The notes: generated by a model not told the origin, from the sequence alone. Positions 32,870 through 43,281 are shown, numbered from the stretch's first letter. The stretch: 50,961 bases of DNA from an uncultured Subdoligranulum sp. (GCA_964612455.1 CAZTCB010000005.1:1-50961), one strand, 5' to 3'. Numbers and translations are program-made.

Positions 32870-33067
32870 AAAAAGCCATACGGGTAACGAATAACCTTTA
32901 CCGAAAGCGGCGACGGAAAACTCTTTCGCTTTACGTGTCGGTAAAACGACTAACGTGGTCTGTTTAATAAAAACACCCTGACGGGTGGCAAAATAACAAA
33001 AACAAGGTTTACTTTTTTTTAAACGGTAAACAATAAAACCAACAAAAAATATGGAGGACGAAAAAAA

Positions 33068-33742
33068 ATGGAAAAAACCAGCAAATTTGGCGGGGTAATA
33101 AGGTTTTTAAAGAGAAACCTCGCAATAATCATCGTTGTGGCGTGTGCTTTGGCGGTCATAGGTATCGCATTGGCGATAAAGTCGTCTCAGGTACAGCCGG
33201 ATATAGACGTGCCGCCCGTGACGGGGGACGGGGACGCGTCGGAGCCGTCGGGTACGGTTAATCCCGACGTGCCGGTAGTCAAGCCCGACGACAATCAGCC
33301 GAGCGAACCGACGCCGACGACCAAGGACTACGTTTTACCCGTTGCAAGCTATACGATAGGTATGGATTACTCCCGCGACAGCGAGTACGTGTTGGTCTTT
33401 AAAAAGACGCTCAACGAATACAGCGTCCACAACGGTATCGACTTTTTGGCGGAAGAAGGCACGGCTGTCGTCGCCGTCAACGACGGTACGGTTACGGCGG
33501 TGACCAACGATTTCGGTATGGGGTACACGGTAGAAATTACCCATGACGACGGTTACGTTTCGTATTACAGCAGTCTCGGCGAAAACGTCAGCGTCAGCGT
33601 CGGCGACGTCGTCGAGTGCGGACAGACCATCGGTTGCGTGGCAAACACGGCGACCTACGAAAACCTCGAGGGCAGTCACCTGCACTTTGAGTTAAAAAAA
33701 GACGGCGAGTACGTCAATCCGAGACAAATATTGGACGTTTAA
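33068..33742 (+). CDS. M23-family metallopeptidase with an N-terminal membrane anchor
   Basis: HNGID (HxxxD) and HLHFE (HxH) zinc motifs. TM helix near the N-terminus. Confidence 0.9.
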   Translation: MEKTSKFGGVIRFLKRNLAIIIVVACALAVIGIALAIKSSQVQPDIDVPPVTGDGDASEPSGTVNPDVPVVKPDDNQPSEPTPTTKDYVLPVASYTIGMDYSRDSEYVLVFKKTLNEYSVHNGIDFLAEEGTAVVAVNDGTVTAVTNDFGMGYTVEITHDDGYVSYYSSLGENVSVSVGDVVECGQTIGCVANTATYENLEGSHLHFELKKDGEYVNPRQILDV

Positions 33743-33804
33743 AAACGGTCGATGCGTTGCGTTTTAAGATATCCGTAACAAAAAACCGTTTGAAAAACAA
33801 CAAA

Positions 33805-33845
33805 CCCCCTTTTCGTGATTTGTTTCTCCGAAAAGGGGGTTTTTG
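33805..33845. terminator. Bidirectional terminator between the M23 peptidase and LRR genes
   Basis: 11-bp stem CCCCCTTTTCG / CGAAAAGGGGG followed by T5, with an A-rich stretch upstream. Confidence 0.85.
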
Positions 33846-33908
33846 TCGGGGAAGGAGGTCCCGCTCGCAAAACCAAAGACTTGTTAAAAGCCGTTATTTG
33901 TTAAAAAA

Positions 33909-36776
33909 TCATTGTTCTTTTATCCACACCACGGGTTTGTTGTCGGAGTCGTAGTGCCAGTAGTTGCCGCTCGTGCTCGGCTCAGTTGCCGAGTAAAAAT
34001 ATACCGAGACGCCGAGATATTCTTCCGCGCTTGCCCATGTATAGGACGTGGGAGTAAGACCGGATTGATATATTTTGAAAGTATCCGTAGACTTACCGAG
34101 GTAATAAATAACAAATCCCTGCGGCAAGCCGCCAAAGCTGTTGGTGTAAAAAGTGGTCATGCCTTGAGGTAAAACGACGTACTTTAGTGACGAGCAGCCG
34201 TTAAACGCCAAGTATTGGATGCCTTTAAGCTGTGCAATGCCGTTGCTGAATTTTTTTATTTCCACGCTCTCGAGCGAAGTGCAGTTTCCGAAAGCGTTTG
34301 TCGCTACAGAGGTTGCGCCGTCGATGACGACCGTCTTGAGGTTTACGCACCCGTAAAACGCGTTTTCATGTATCAAGTTGATATTCTCTCCGCAATAAAA
34401 CTCAGTCAGTCCGATACACCCGTAAAACGCCGATTTGCCTATCAAGACGACGTAGTTGAGTTTGGCGGAAACGACGAGTTTTTCGCAACCGTAAAACGCG
34501 TTTGAGCCTATCTCTTTCAGTTTTGACGGGAAATTGACGACCATGTTTTTACATCCGGAGAAAGTACCGCTGCCTATGATGGTCAGGTTGTCGTTGAGGA
34601 TTACTTCCGTAATTGACTCGCATCCTTTAAAAACGCCAGATTCTCCCAACGTCGCGTTTTTTATCTCGATTTTGCCCGTCAATGCCGCGCAGTTCTCAAA
34701 GGCATACGATCCGAGTTCCGTCAGTTTGTCGGATAAAGTGACGGTGGTCAGCGAGGTACAGTTGCGAAAAGCTTTTTCGCCTATCTTCGTAATATTGGCG
34801 AGGGATATTTCAATCAGTGCCGTGCAGCCGGTAAAGGCAGAAACACCGATTTCTTTTACCGAGTCGGGTAGGGTGACTTTTGTCAGTGCCGTGCAGCCCT
34901 CAAAGGTAGACTCGCCGAGCCCTGTCAGTTTGTCGGATAGGGTGATTGTTGTCAGTGCCGTACAACCTTTAAAGGCATAATCACCGATTTCTTTCACCGA
35001 GTCGGGTAGGGTGACTTTTGTCAGTGCCGTGCAGTTTGCAAACGCATAATTGCCTATGGATGCCGAGCCGTCAAGTAAAGTCAGTTCCGTCAGGCCACTG
35101 CATGAGTAGAAAGCGGATTTGCCGATTTCGGTAATGACGGCAGAGATAGTAAACGCAGCTTTCACGCTGGCAAACGCGTAGTCGCCTACGGTGTCGAGTC
35201 GTTTCGTCAGGATGGTAAGGCTCGTTAAAGATGTGGGAAAACAAGAGCTGCCTATTTCTTTCACCGATGCGGGGATGGTCAACTCGGTACATTGTATAGA
35301 GTAAAAAGCATTCGAGCCGATTTTTGTCAGTCCCGACGGTAAATCTATTTCCGTCAGGGCGGTTCCGTAAAACGCGTAATCTCGTATTTCTTCGACGGTA
35401 TCGGGTAACGTCACGGAAGTCAATCCGCTATTACGAAAGAGATAATCGGCGATTACTTTGACGTTGCCCAAAAAGGTAACGCTTTTTAGCCCTTTTTGTT
35501 TTTCAAAGGCTCCGCCGGCGATTACTTTGACGTTTGCCGGCAAAGTAAGATGGGTTTCGTCGGCGAGAGTGCCTACTTGTTTGTAAAGAACACTGCCGAT
35601 AAAGAGCTGTCCGCCTTCGCCTATCGCGGCTTCCTGTTTGGTCAACCATGGAGTAGATGCAAACACCATGTAACCGACGTGGCGGAGGTTGTCGCCGTTG
35701 TTGCCGATAGTGAGAGAGGTTATCGAAGTATCTCTAAAGGCGTAATTACCGATACTTTCTACGGTATCGGGGATGGTCAACTCGGTACATTGTACAGAGT
35801 AAAACGCAGAGTCGTCTATTTCCTTTAATCCGACGGGCAACTCAAGTTGTTTAACGTTGCTACAATAACTGAATGCGCCGTTACCGACATGCTCTACTCC
35901 GTCGGGGAGATTGATTTCGGTAAGAGCACACAGCGAAAAAGCGCAAATACCGATTTTTTTGAGTCCGAGAGGTAGTCTTACGTCCGTGATGTCGTTGAGC
36001 GTCAATTTTTGACCGCCGACTATAAGAGTCGGTTGGGTACCGAAAGCCCAGTCGCCGATTTCGGTGACAGGTTTACCGAGATAGCTGTCGGGGATGACTA
36101 TGCGCCCCGATTTCGGTCCCTTTGTGGCAACGTACCCGTCGCCGTCGTCGTTGAGAGCGAAGATGATAGACGACGCTTTTTCGGTGGAGATTGTTTTGGA
36201 CTCGGTCACCGTTTCGCCGGTTCCGTCGTTGTAAACCAACGTGCAAGTGTACGAGGAGGAAGGCGACAAACGGTCGGATAAATCGATTGACGTGTCGGTA
36301 GTCGTCACCTCATAGGTGTCTTTGCCGACGGTGCCGTCTTGTTTGTTAAAAAAGTCGCCTTCGACGGAAAGGGTGTACTGCGTGCCTTTTTTATAATTGT
36401 CCCAAGACAGGACGTAACCTGTCAGTTTGATTGTCGAAACAGGGGCAACGGGTGCGGTGTAAACCACCGTGGCGGAATACTCGCTGTCGAGATAATCGGT
36501 GCGATTGCCTACCGCTTTGACCTTGATGCTCTGACCGTCTTTAAGTTGAATTTGCAGTTTAGAAGTGGACGTTTCGTTGGTGAGGTTTATTTTGTACAGA
36601 TATCTGACGGCGTTGGGTATCGCTTCCCAGCTTGCGACGCCGTCGTCGTCGACGGTGACGACGGGGGTATCGAGCTGAACGGGGTCTTTCGGCTTTTCTT
36701 CTTCGGTACAGCCAAACAGACAAAACGCCGTAACCAATATCAAAAGAATGAGAAAATAAACTTTTTTATTTTTCAT
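33909..36776 (-). CDS. BspA-type leucine-rich-repeat surface lipoprotein (955 aa)
   Basis: Lipobox LFGC. N-terminal Ig/FN3-like region, then many units of about 23 aa of the form IP/LPDSV..IG..AF..C..LT. Confidence 0.88.
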   Translation of the reverse strand: MKNKKVYFLILLILVTAFCLFGCTEEEKPKDPVQLDTPVVTVDDDGVASWEAIPNAVRYLYKINLTNETSTSKLQIQLKDGQSIKVKAVGNRTDYLDSEYSATVVYTAPVAPVSTIKLTGYVLSWDNYKKGTQYTLSVEGDFFNKQDGTVGKDTYEVTTTDTSIDLSDRLSPSSSYTCTLVYNDGTGETVTESKTISTEKASSIIFALNDDGDGYVATKGPKSGRIVIPDSYLGKPVTEIGDWAFGTQPTLIVGGQKLTLNDITDVRLPLGLKKIGICAFSLCALTEINLPDGVEHVGNGAFSYCSNVKQLELPVGLKEIDDSAFYSVQCTELTIPDTVESIGNYAFRDTSITSLTIGNNGDNLRHVGYMVFASTPWLTKQEAAIGEGGQLFIGSVLYKQVGTLADETHLTLPANVKVIAGGAFEKQKGLKSVTFLGNVKVIADYLFRNSGLTSVTLPDTVEEIRDYAFYGTALTEIDLPSGLTKIGSNAFYSIQCTELTIPASVKEIGSSCFPTSLTSLTILTKRLDTVGDYAFASVKAAFTISAVITEIGKSAFYSCSGLTELTLLDGSASIGNYAFANCTALTKVTLPDSVKEIGDYAFKGCTALTTITLSDKLTGLGESTFEGCTALTKVTLPDSVKEIGVSAFTGCTALIEISLANITKIGEKAFRNCTSLTTVTLSDKLTELGSYAFENCAALTGKIEIKNATLGESGVFKGCESITEVILNDNLTIIGSGTFSGCKNMVVNFPSKLKEIGSNAFYGCEKLVVSAKLNYVVLIGKSAFYGCIGLTEFYCGENINLIHENAFYGCVNLKTVVIDGATSVATNAFGNCTSLESVEIKKFSNGIAQLKGIQYLAFNGCSSLKYVVLPQGMTTFYTNSFGGLPQGFVIYYLGKSTDTFKIYQSGLTPTSYTWASAEEYLGVSVYFYSATEPSTSGNYWHYDSDNKPVVWIKEQ

Positions 36777-36852
36777 AAATATCGTCTCCTATTAGTATTA
36801 GTTTATTATTTTTAGTCTACAAGTATTTTATGCCGATACGGGAAACAAAATC

Positions 36853-38082
36853 CTAAGAAATCAGATCTTCGATAAGTCCTAAAAACCCTGTTCCGTTGTT
36901 ACCGACGTTTTGTACCATCAATCCCAGCGGTTCGTAAGTCATGTATCCGTAAACGTACACGGGAAATTGCCATGAGTCGATACGAACAGAGCCGCCGCCC
37001 GGGTATTGCATATCGTATAAATCACCGTAGAATTGTTCGGAAATATGGACGGCGGTCAATGCGAGTTGCGGTCGGGAAAAATCATTGAAGGTTGATGCAG
37101 AAAGAGTGCTTAAAGTGCGAATGTTTATGTATTGTTCGCTTGAATTTTCTTCACCCGGGTAAAAGACGTATATATCTATATCGTATTCGTCAAAGGTTGT
37201 TTCCCACGGGGTATCATTGTTGCCGCAGTGACTGCAGATTGCGTCAACAAGATGTTTAATGTTGTACAGTTTGGCGTACATTTCGTCCGTCGGCATACCG
37301 GGATACCAACCCGGGATCATGTTGCTGTCTATGAAAATATCGGTATGTTCTATCGTGCCGTATCCGTCGTCAGCCTCTATAACGTCTTGGACAAAGTCGT
37401 CGACCGCGTCAAAGATAAAATCTCTCTCGGAGTAGATACTCATGGGTCGATAAAACAAGTATTGTTCGATTTCATCGATAACGTCCGCGTAGTCGGAAGT
37501 ATCGTCTGCCAAAAATAAAACTTCGTGCCCGTAACGCTGTGACCAGTACTGTAACTGGTTTGATAAGTAACCGGACGGAGCGCGATAATTGCCGAGTTCT
37601 AAAATAATGAAACAAGGACCGCTATCCGGCGAACGCGGAGCATCGCCTTGTCGTCCTACCAATACGCCGCTACCAAAGTTATCGCCGCCCCACTCGTCGT
37701 TTGCGTACAGGCTACGGAAAAGCTTGTTGTACAAAAAGTCGAGCATCTGATAATATACTTCTTCAACCGTACCGGAAGTCGGGGTAAAGTCGCTCGTGTC
37801 GCTGTCGTAAACGTAGTCCCATGTGTCTACGTCAAAGACGGCTTGGACGTATCTCGGGGTACAATTTGCGATGACTTCTATCGGTATGGACGGATTAGCC
37901 ATATCGCTAAAGTAGTATACCGACTTGTGCCCGTATTCGTCATAAGCGTCGACGTCGTAACGTTCGTCGTCGGGATCGGCTTTCGCTCGAGTTGTCGGCA
38001 GACAAGCAAATAGCGTGACTGCAAATACGAGAGCCATAAAAATAGCAAAGGTTTTGTTGAGTCGTTGTTTTTTGCTGTTCAT
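36853..38082 (-). CDS. Secreted lipoprotein of unknown function (409 aa), D/Y-rich
   Basis: Signal peptide with lipobox LFAC. SD AGGAGG. Sits between two LRR genes. Confidence 0.7.
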   Translation of the reverse strand: MNSKKQRLNKTFAIFMALVFAVTLFACLPTTRAKADPDDERYDVDAYDEYGHKSVYYFSDMANPSIPIEVIANCTPRYVQAVFDVDTWDYVYDSDTSDFTPTSGTVEEVYYQMLDFLYNKLFRSLYANDEWGGDNFGSGVLVGRQGDAPRSPDSGPCFIILELGNYRAPSGYLSNQLQYWSQRYGHEVLFLADDTSDYADVIDEIEQYLFYRPMSIYSERDFIFDAVDDFVQDVIEADDGYGTIEHTDIFIDSNMIPGWYPGMPTDEMYAKLYNIKHLVDAICSHCGNNDTPWETTFDEYDIDIYVFYPGEENSSEQYINIRTLSTLSASTFNDFSRPQLALTAVHISEQFYGDLYDMQYPGGGSVRIDSWQFPVYVYGYMTYEPLGLMVQNVGNNGTGFLGLIEDLIS

Positions 38083-38213
38083 AAAGTTACCTCCTTTTTG
38101 TGAAAAATTTATTATTAATCCATATTATACACAACGCGGCGAGGTTTGTCAATATGTGCCAAAAAAAACTCATAAAAAATGCGCTTTATTTTAACAATTA
38201 TTTGCCGTCGTTT

Positions 38214-40586
38214 TTATCCGACGGTTTCATCGGTGTGAGTATTGTGGTATATTATGACGGCTTTGGCAATGACGTCGTTGTTTTTGCCGATTTCTATGAG
38301 GTCAAAGTCTTCTTGCGTACCGTAGTATTGTATTTGCGTGAGTTTGTTGCAGTTGATAAAAGCCGCGTCGCCTATATGAGTCAAGGATTTTGACAAATTT
38401 ATCGTCGTCAGGTTGTAGCAAGAAGAAAAAGCCGCGTAGCCTATGGTGGTCACGTTGATGCCGAGGGTGACGGACGTCAGGTTGTAGCAAGCGGAAAAAG
38501 CCGAGTCGCCTATCGTCGTCACGTTGTCGCCCATAGTGACGGACGTCAGACTCAAGCCGCGGAAAAAGGCGTTTGTGCCTATCGTCGTCACGGCGTCGGG
38601 GACGGTAAACGTCGCGGCGGTTTTGCCGACGGAGTATTGGACGAGAGTGGTCATGTCCTTGGTATAGAGATTGCCGTCGACGGATTTGTAATAAGGATTG
38701 TCGTCGGAGACCAATATCGACGACAGGGAGTCGCAATGAACGAACACGTCCGTGCCTATGCTGTTTACGCCGCTGCCGATGTCGATTAAAAACAGAGAGG
38801 AGCAGTAGGCAAAAGTTTCGTCGTTGATTGTTTTTACTCCGTCGCCCACGGTGACGACGACGAGAGAGTCGCAGCCGAAAAACATATTGGCGCCGAGAGA
38901 GTTTATTCCGTTGCCTATCGACATCGCAGTCAGTGAGGTGCAACCGTAAAAAGCGCCTTGGTTGACGGCGGTTACGTTGTCGGGAATAACGATTCTTTCC
39001 AGCGAGGTGCAGTTTAAGAAAGCAAAAGAACCGATAGTTTCGATATTGTTGCCGATAGTTACGCTTTTTAAGGACGTGCATCCTTTGAGCAAACCGATTG
39101 ACATGACGGAGAGTCCGTCACCCGTCGCTATCGAGGTCAGCGACGAGCAGTAAGCAAAGGCGGAACGCCCCAACTCGGTCACGGTATCGGGGACGACAAA
39201 GTCAATCAATCGGGAGCAAAAAGCAAACGCTCCGACGTGTATTTCGGTCACGGTATCGGGAAAGGTTATTTTTTCAAGCGCGGAGCCCGCAAAAGCGGTT
39301 GCCATTATTGATTTTACCCCGTTTAGGACGACAAACTCGGTATCGGTTTTGCCGATGGCATACTGATACATGGCGGTGACGTCTTTGTCGTACAGATTGC
39401 CGTTGACAGAGGTGTATTTCGGGTTTTCTTCGCTGACGATAATATTTTTAAGCGATATGCACTCGCCAAAGAGCGGACTGACCGTTGCGGTCGATTCCGT
39501 CATTTCGTTGCTTGATTCAAGCGTTTTGCCGCTATACAATGTTTCGAGGTTGTTTACTCCGCTACCTATGGTCACGGTCGTCAAGGACGAGCAATAATAA
39601 AAAAGGTCAAAGCCCAACGACGTTATATTGTCGGGAATGGTTATTTGTTTAAGGGAGGAGCAACCGTAAAAGAGTTCGCGAGGCAAATCCGTCAAACCCG
39701 ACGGAATATCGACGCTTGTCAACAGGTAGCAGTTGTAAAAAGCGCCTTCGCCGATATCGGTTATGCTGTCGGGTAGGGTGATTTTTTTGAGCGACGAGCA
39801 GTTTAAAAACGCGTTATCGCCTATTTGTTCGACGCCGTCGTACATGACGATTTCTGTCAGGTTGAAACATTCTCTGAATGCATAGTCGGCAATATGCGTT
39901 ACGGTGTCGGGGACTTCAAACGAGGTGGCGGTTTTTCCCATGGCGTAGCGTATGAGCTCGGTTGCGTCCTTGTCATAGAGGTTGCCGTCTATGGTTTGGT
40001 ACTTGGTGTTGTGTTCGCCGACGTAGATACCCGTCAACGCGCGACAGCCCGAAAAACGGTCGGAAATAGTGACCACGCTGTCGGGTATGGTGATGGTGCG
40101 CATGTATTTTGCGCTGCTGAAAGCGCCCTTTTTGATTGCCGTGACGGGAGTGCCGTTGTACGTATCGGGAATGACGACGTCTACTTCTTCTTCGGTGTAG
40201 TAGACGCAATCGATGACGGTGTAGCGTTTGAGATCGCTCCGCCCGTCGTAAACCAACTCGTACGCTCCGCTCCACTTGGCGTAAACGAAAGTGTCCGACG
40301 ATATCGGCGTATACGTGAGAGTGGTCGAGGTAAACGGAGCCGTCCACTCGCCTTCGTCGTAATACCAGCCGTCAAAAACGTAGTTTTCTTTTGTCGGGGC
40401 TTCGGGCAGGGGGACTATGCTGTTGCCGTCGGTTGTGACGATTGCGCGGGTTTTGCCGTCAACCACGAAAGAAATCGTATAATTTTGTTGTTTGTCGGTG
40501 CTGCATGCGGAAAAAGCCAACAGCGCAAAAACAAACGCAAAAGTCGTTAAGGCGAGCAAAATGCCGCGACGGGATAAGTTTTTCAT
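38214..40586 (-). CDS. BspA-type leucine-rich-repeat surface lipoprotein with an N-terminal Listeria-Bacteroides-type repeat
   Basis: Start MKNLSRR after AAGGAGG. Lipobox FSAC. YVFDGWYYDEGEW motif, then LRR units. Confidence 0.88.
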   Translation of the reverse strand: MKNLSRRGILLALTTFAFVFALLAFSACSTDKQQNYTISFVVDGKTRAIVTTDGNSIVPLPEAPTKENYVFDGWYYDEGEWTAPFTSTTLTYTPISSDTFVYAKWSGAYELVYDGRSDLKRYTVIDCVYYTEEEVDVVIPDTYNGTPVTAIKKGAFSSAKYMRTITIPDSVVTISDRFSGCRALTGIYVGEHNTKYQTIDGNLYDKDATELIRYAMGKTATSFEVPDTVTHIADYAFRECFNLTEIVMYDGVEQIGDNAFLNCSSLKKITLPDSITDIGEGAFYNCYLLTSVDIPSGLTDLPRELFYGCSSLKQITIPDNITSLGFDLFYYCSSLTTVTIGSGVNNLETLYSGKTLESSNEMTESTATVSPLFGECISLKNIIVSEENPKYTSVNGNLYDKDVTAMYQYAIGKTDTEFVVLNGVKSIMATAFAGSALEKITFPDTVTEIHVGAFAFCSRLIDFVVPDTVTELGRSAFAYCSSLTSIATGDGLSVMSIGLLKGCTSLKSVTIGNNIETIGSFAFLNCTSLERIVIPDNVTAVNQGAFYGCTSLTAMSIGNGINSLGANMFFGCDSLVVVTVGDGVKTINDETFAYCSSLFLIDIGSGVNSIGTDVFVHCDSLSSILVSDDNPYYKSVDGNLYTKDMTTLVQYSVGKTAATFTVPDAVTTIGTNAFFRGLSLTSVTMGDNVTTIGDSAFSACYNLTSVTLGINVTTIGYAAFSSCYNLTTINLSKSLTHIGDAAFINCNKLTQIQYYGTQEDFDLIEIGKNNDVIAKAVIIYHNTHTDETVG

Positions 40587-40756
40587 GTCAATGCCTCCTT
40601 GTTTTTGGTACGCGTACACGTGAAATTTGTATTGATTTTGATAAAGTGATTATATTATACACAATAGAAGGCGGATTAGTCAATACCGAAACAAAAAAAA
40701 TTTTTATCGATTTAACTCAGGTGAAAACGACGTTATGATTTACGTCTGCGGAGCAA

Positions 40757-40789
40757 TAAAAAAAACCCCGCCGTCGTCAGACGGCGGGG
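40757..40789 (-). terminator. Intrinsic terminator of hpt
   Basis: 10-bp GC-rich stem CCCCGCCGTC / GACGGCGGGG, with T9 on the minus strand. Confidence 0.88.
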
Positions 40790-40818
40790 GATGGGGTAGA
40801 GGTTTAAACAGCGGGCTG

Positions 40819-41352
40819 TCAGTGTTTTAAAACGCAGACTTCGGGAATATTGCGGTATTTTTCGTCAAAATCGAGTCCGTAACCCACGACGAACTCGTTG
40901 GGAATGACAAAACCGACGTATTTGGGGTGTACGTCGCGTTGACGACGTTCCGGCTTGTCGAGAAGGGTACAAATCTCTACGCTCGCCGCGTTGCGGGCTT
41001 TAAAGAGATTGATGAGGTAGTTGAGCGTAATGCCGCTGTCGACTATGTCCTCGACAAAGATAACGTGTCTGCCCTCGACGGACGCACTCGTATCCTTGAT
41101 GATTTTTACCTCGCCGCTGCTCGTCTTGCTTGCGCCGTAACTGCTGACTACCATAAAGTCCATTTCGCAGTCGACGCCGACGTTGCGGATGAGGTCGCTG
41201 TAAAACATTACGCACCCCTTGAGTATGCCGATAAAGAGGGGACGTTTTTCCTGATAGTCCCGAGTGATTTTTGCGCCGAGCTCTTTGCATTTGAGTTGCA
41301 GGTCTTCTTTTCCGATAAGAGTACCCTGTATATCTCTCATCAAGTCTTCCAT
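40819..41352 (-). CDS. hpt: Hypoxanthine phosphoribosyltransferase
   Basis: PRPP-binding motif VIFVEDIVDSGITL. 177 aa. Confidence 0.93.
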   Translation of the reverse strand: MEDLMRDIQGTLIGKEDLQLKCKELGAKITRDYQEKRPLFIGILKGCVMFYSDLIRNVGVDCEMDFMVVSSYGASKTSSGEVKIIKDTSASVEGRHVIFVEDIVDSGITLNYLINLFKARNAASVEICTLLDKPERRQRDVHPKYVGFVIPNEFVVGYGLDFDEKYRNIPEVCVLKH

Positions 41353-41452
41353 AGCGAAATTGTCCTCCGTGGTAAAAAATACTTTTTGGTTTTTTTTATT
41401 TTATTAAAATGCGCTTTTTGTCGGGGATAGCCGTCACCCGTCCTTTATGTTT

Positions 41453-42292
41453 TTAACGATTTGACGATTTAATAAACTTTTTGAGCTTTTTGAGCATCGT
41501 CTTGGCTTTCGGATTGCCGTGCTCGGCGGCTTTTTTAAACCACTCGGCGGCTTTGGCTTTGTCTTTCGCCACGCCTTTGCCGGAGTAGTAGCAGTTGCCG
41601 AGACCGTATTGAGCTTCCGCAAAGCCTTGTTCGGCAGCTTTGGTATACCACTCGACGGCTTTTTGGTAGTCTTTTTTCTCTACGCCTTTGCCGAAAAAGT
41701 AGCAATCGCCCAAGCCGCTCTTTGCGAGGACGTGACCTTGCTGTTCGGCGAGAGAAAACAACTCGTGCGCCTTAAAGGGATCTTTTTTTACCCCCTGACC
41801 GTTGTAGTAACAGACGCCGAGGTTGTACTGAGCCTCCGCATAGCCTTGTTCGACCGCTTTGGTGTACCACTCGACGGCTTTTTGGTCGTCTTTCGGGAGA
41901 CCGTTTTCACCGCCGTCGTAATACCAGCCGAGCATGTCCTGAGCGACGGCATAGCCTTGTTCCGCCGATTTCATCAACCACTCGACGGCTTTTTGGTCGT
42001 CTTCTTCGACGCCGCGTCCCCAGTGGTAACACTCGCTGAGCATGTATTGAGCCTTGGCGTTGTTTTGGGCGGCAGCCGCGAGGTATAGCTTTGCCGCTTC
42101 GTCGTAATTTTTGGTAAAACCGAAACCCTCGTAGTAGCAGTTGCCGGCGCGGTACTGAGACTCGGAGTGTCCTTTGCCCGCCGCATCGAGAAAAAGAGAC
42201 GCCGCGTGATAGCGGTTGCCTGCCTTGACGGCATTTTCTGCCTGCTCGTAGAGGCTTTGCGCGGTTTCGTTTTGTCTGGTTAATTCTTCCAT
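41453..42292 (-). CDS. Sel1/SLR tetratricopeptide-like repeat protein
   Basis: About seven units of A.YNLG.CYY.G.GV.KD..KA.EWY.KAAEQG. Start MEELTRQ after AGGAG. Confidence 0.85.
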   Translation of the reverse strand: MEELTRQNETAQSLYEQAENAVKAGNRYHAASLFLDAAGKGHSESQYRAGNCYYEGFGFTKNYDEAAKLYLAAAAQNNAKAQYMLSECYHWGRGVEEDDQKAVEWLMKSAEQGYAVAQDMLGWYYDGGENGLPKDDQKAVEWYTKAVEQGYAEAQYNLGVCYYNGQGVKKDPFKAHELFSLAEQQGHVLAKSGLGDCYFFGKGVEKKDYQKAVEWYTKAAEQGFAEAQYGLGNCYYSGKGVAKDKAKAAEWFKKAAEHGNPKAKTMLKKLKKFIKSSNR

Positions 42293-42419
42293 CGGTTTCT
42301 CCTGAATAGCGAAAAAAGTAAATGCAAAAAAAGAATGCTTTTTTATTATAGCCGTTTTTGGCGATAAGGGCAAGGTTTTTAAACAAAAAAATAAATTTTC
42401 GGAAACTTTTTTAAAACGG

Positions 42420-42448
42420 TTGCATTAACGGACGATATTTGTTATAAT
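42420..42448 (+). promoter_or_regulatory. Promoter of rpsF-ssb-rpsR with extended -10
   Basis: TTGCAT 42420-42425, 17-nt spacer ending in TGT, TATAAT 42443-42448. Leaves an approximately 85-nt leader, a possible S6:S18-binding leader that I did not verify. Confidence 0.7.
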
Positions 42449-42539
42449 ACCTTAGATTTCAATCAAAATGCGGTAGTTTCGGTTGAAGTCGTCCTTGCGC
42501 TCGCCGAGCGCCATTTTAGTCCAAAAGGAGGTATACGCG

Positions 42540-42821
42540 ATGAACAGTTATGAATTGCTTTATATTCTTGACAACGGCTTGTCAGACGAAAAGAAAGAAG
42601 AGCTCGTCAACAAGTTTAACGACGTCATTACTAAAGCCGACGGTACCATCGACACGGTCGACAAGTGGGGCACCAAAAAACTTGCCTACGATATCGACTA
42701 CAAGAGCGAAGGGTATTATGTTCTCATCAACTTTAAGGCAAACAGCGATTTGCCCAACGAGCTGGAAAGAATAATGAAAATCACCGACGGCGTAGTTCGC
42801 TTTATTGTTTTGAAAAAATAA
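42540..42821 (+). CDS. rpsF: 30S ribosomal protein S6
   Basis: MNSYELLYIL... after AAGGAGG. 93 aa. Confidence 0.95.
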   Translation: MNSYELLYILDNGLSDEKKEELVNKFNDVITKADGTIDTVDKWGTKKLAYDIDYKSEGYYVLINFKANSDLPNELERIMKITDGVVRFIVLKK

Positions 42822-42830
42822 GGTGGTAAA

Positions 42831-43256
42831 ATGAACAAGGTTATTTTAATCGGAAGATTAACCAGAGATCCCGATCTGCGCAACGTGGGCAACAATATCC
42901 CCGTCTGCAGATTCAGTTTGGCAGTAGATCGTCCGTACCGTGCCAACAACGGTCAGGGCGACGTGACGGCGGACTTTTTCAATATCGTGGTGTGGCGTAC
43001 CCAGGCGGAAAACTGCGCTCGATATTTGCAAAAGGGCAGTCAATGCGCCGTAACCGGCAGGATTGAAAACCGCTCTTACGATAAAGACGGCGAAAAACGC
43101 TATCTTACCGAAATAGTTGCCGAAAACGTAGAGTTTTTGAGCCGTGCGACCGGCAGTACCGCAGTCGGCGGGGCGGACGTAGACGAGTTTGGCAAGAGAC
43201 AAGCGGTAGAGGACCTTAAACCGGTTGAAGACGCAGACGACGATTTGCCGTTTTAA
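42831..43256 (+). CDS. ssb: Single-stranded DNA-binding protein
   Basis: MNKVILIGRLTRDPDLR OB-fold N-terminus. C-terminal acidic tip DDDLPF. Confidence 0.96.
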   Translation: MNKVILIGRLTRDPDLRNVGNNIPVCRFSLAVDRPYRANNGQGDVTADFFNIVVWRTQAENCARYLQKGSQCAVTGRIENRSYDKDGEKRYLTEIVAENVEFLSRATGSTAVGGADVDEFGKRQAVEDLKPVEDADDDLPF

Positions 43257-43281
43257 CTTTCACTAAAAAAAGGAGAATATT

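Noticed and set aside
32870-33067. A possible riboswitch (for example the c-di-AMP ydaO type) in the 200-nt region upstream of the M23 peptidase gene.
   Set aside because: Only generic small hairpins (CGAAAG...CTTTCG, CACCC-tgac-GGGTG). I could not recognise the conserved ydaO core sequences, so this cannot be supported without a covariance-model search.
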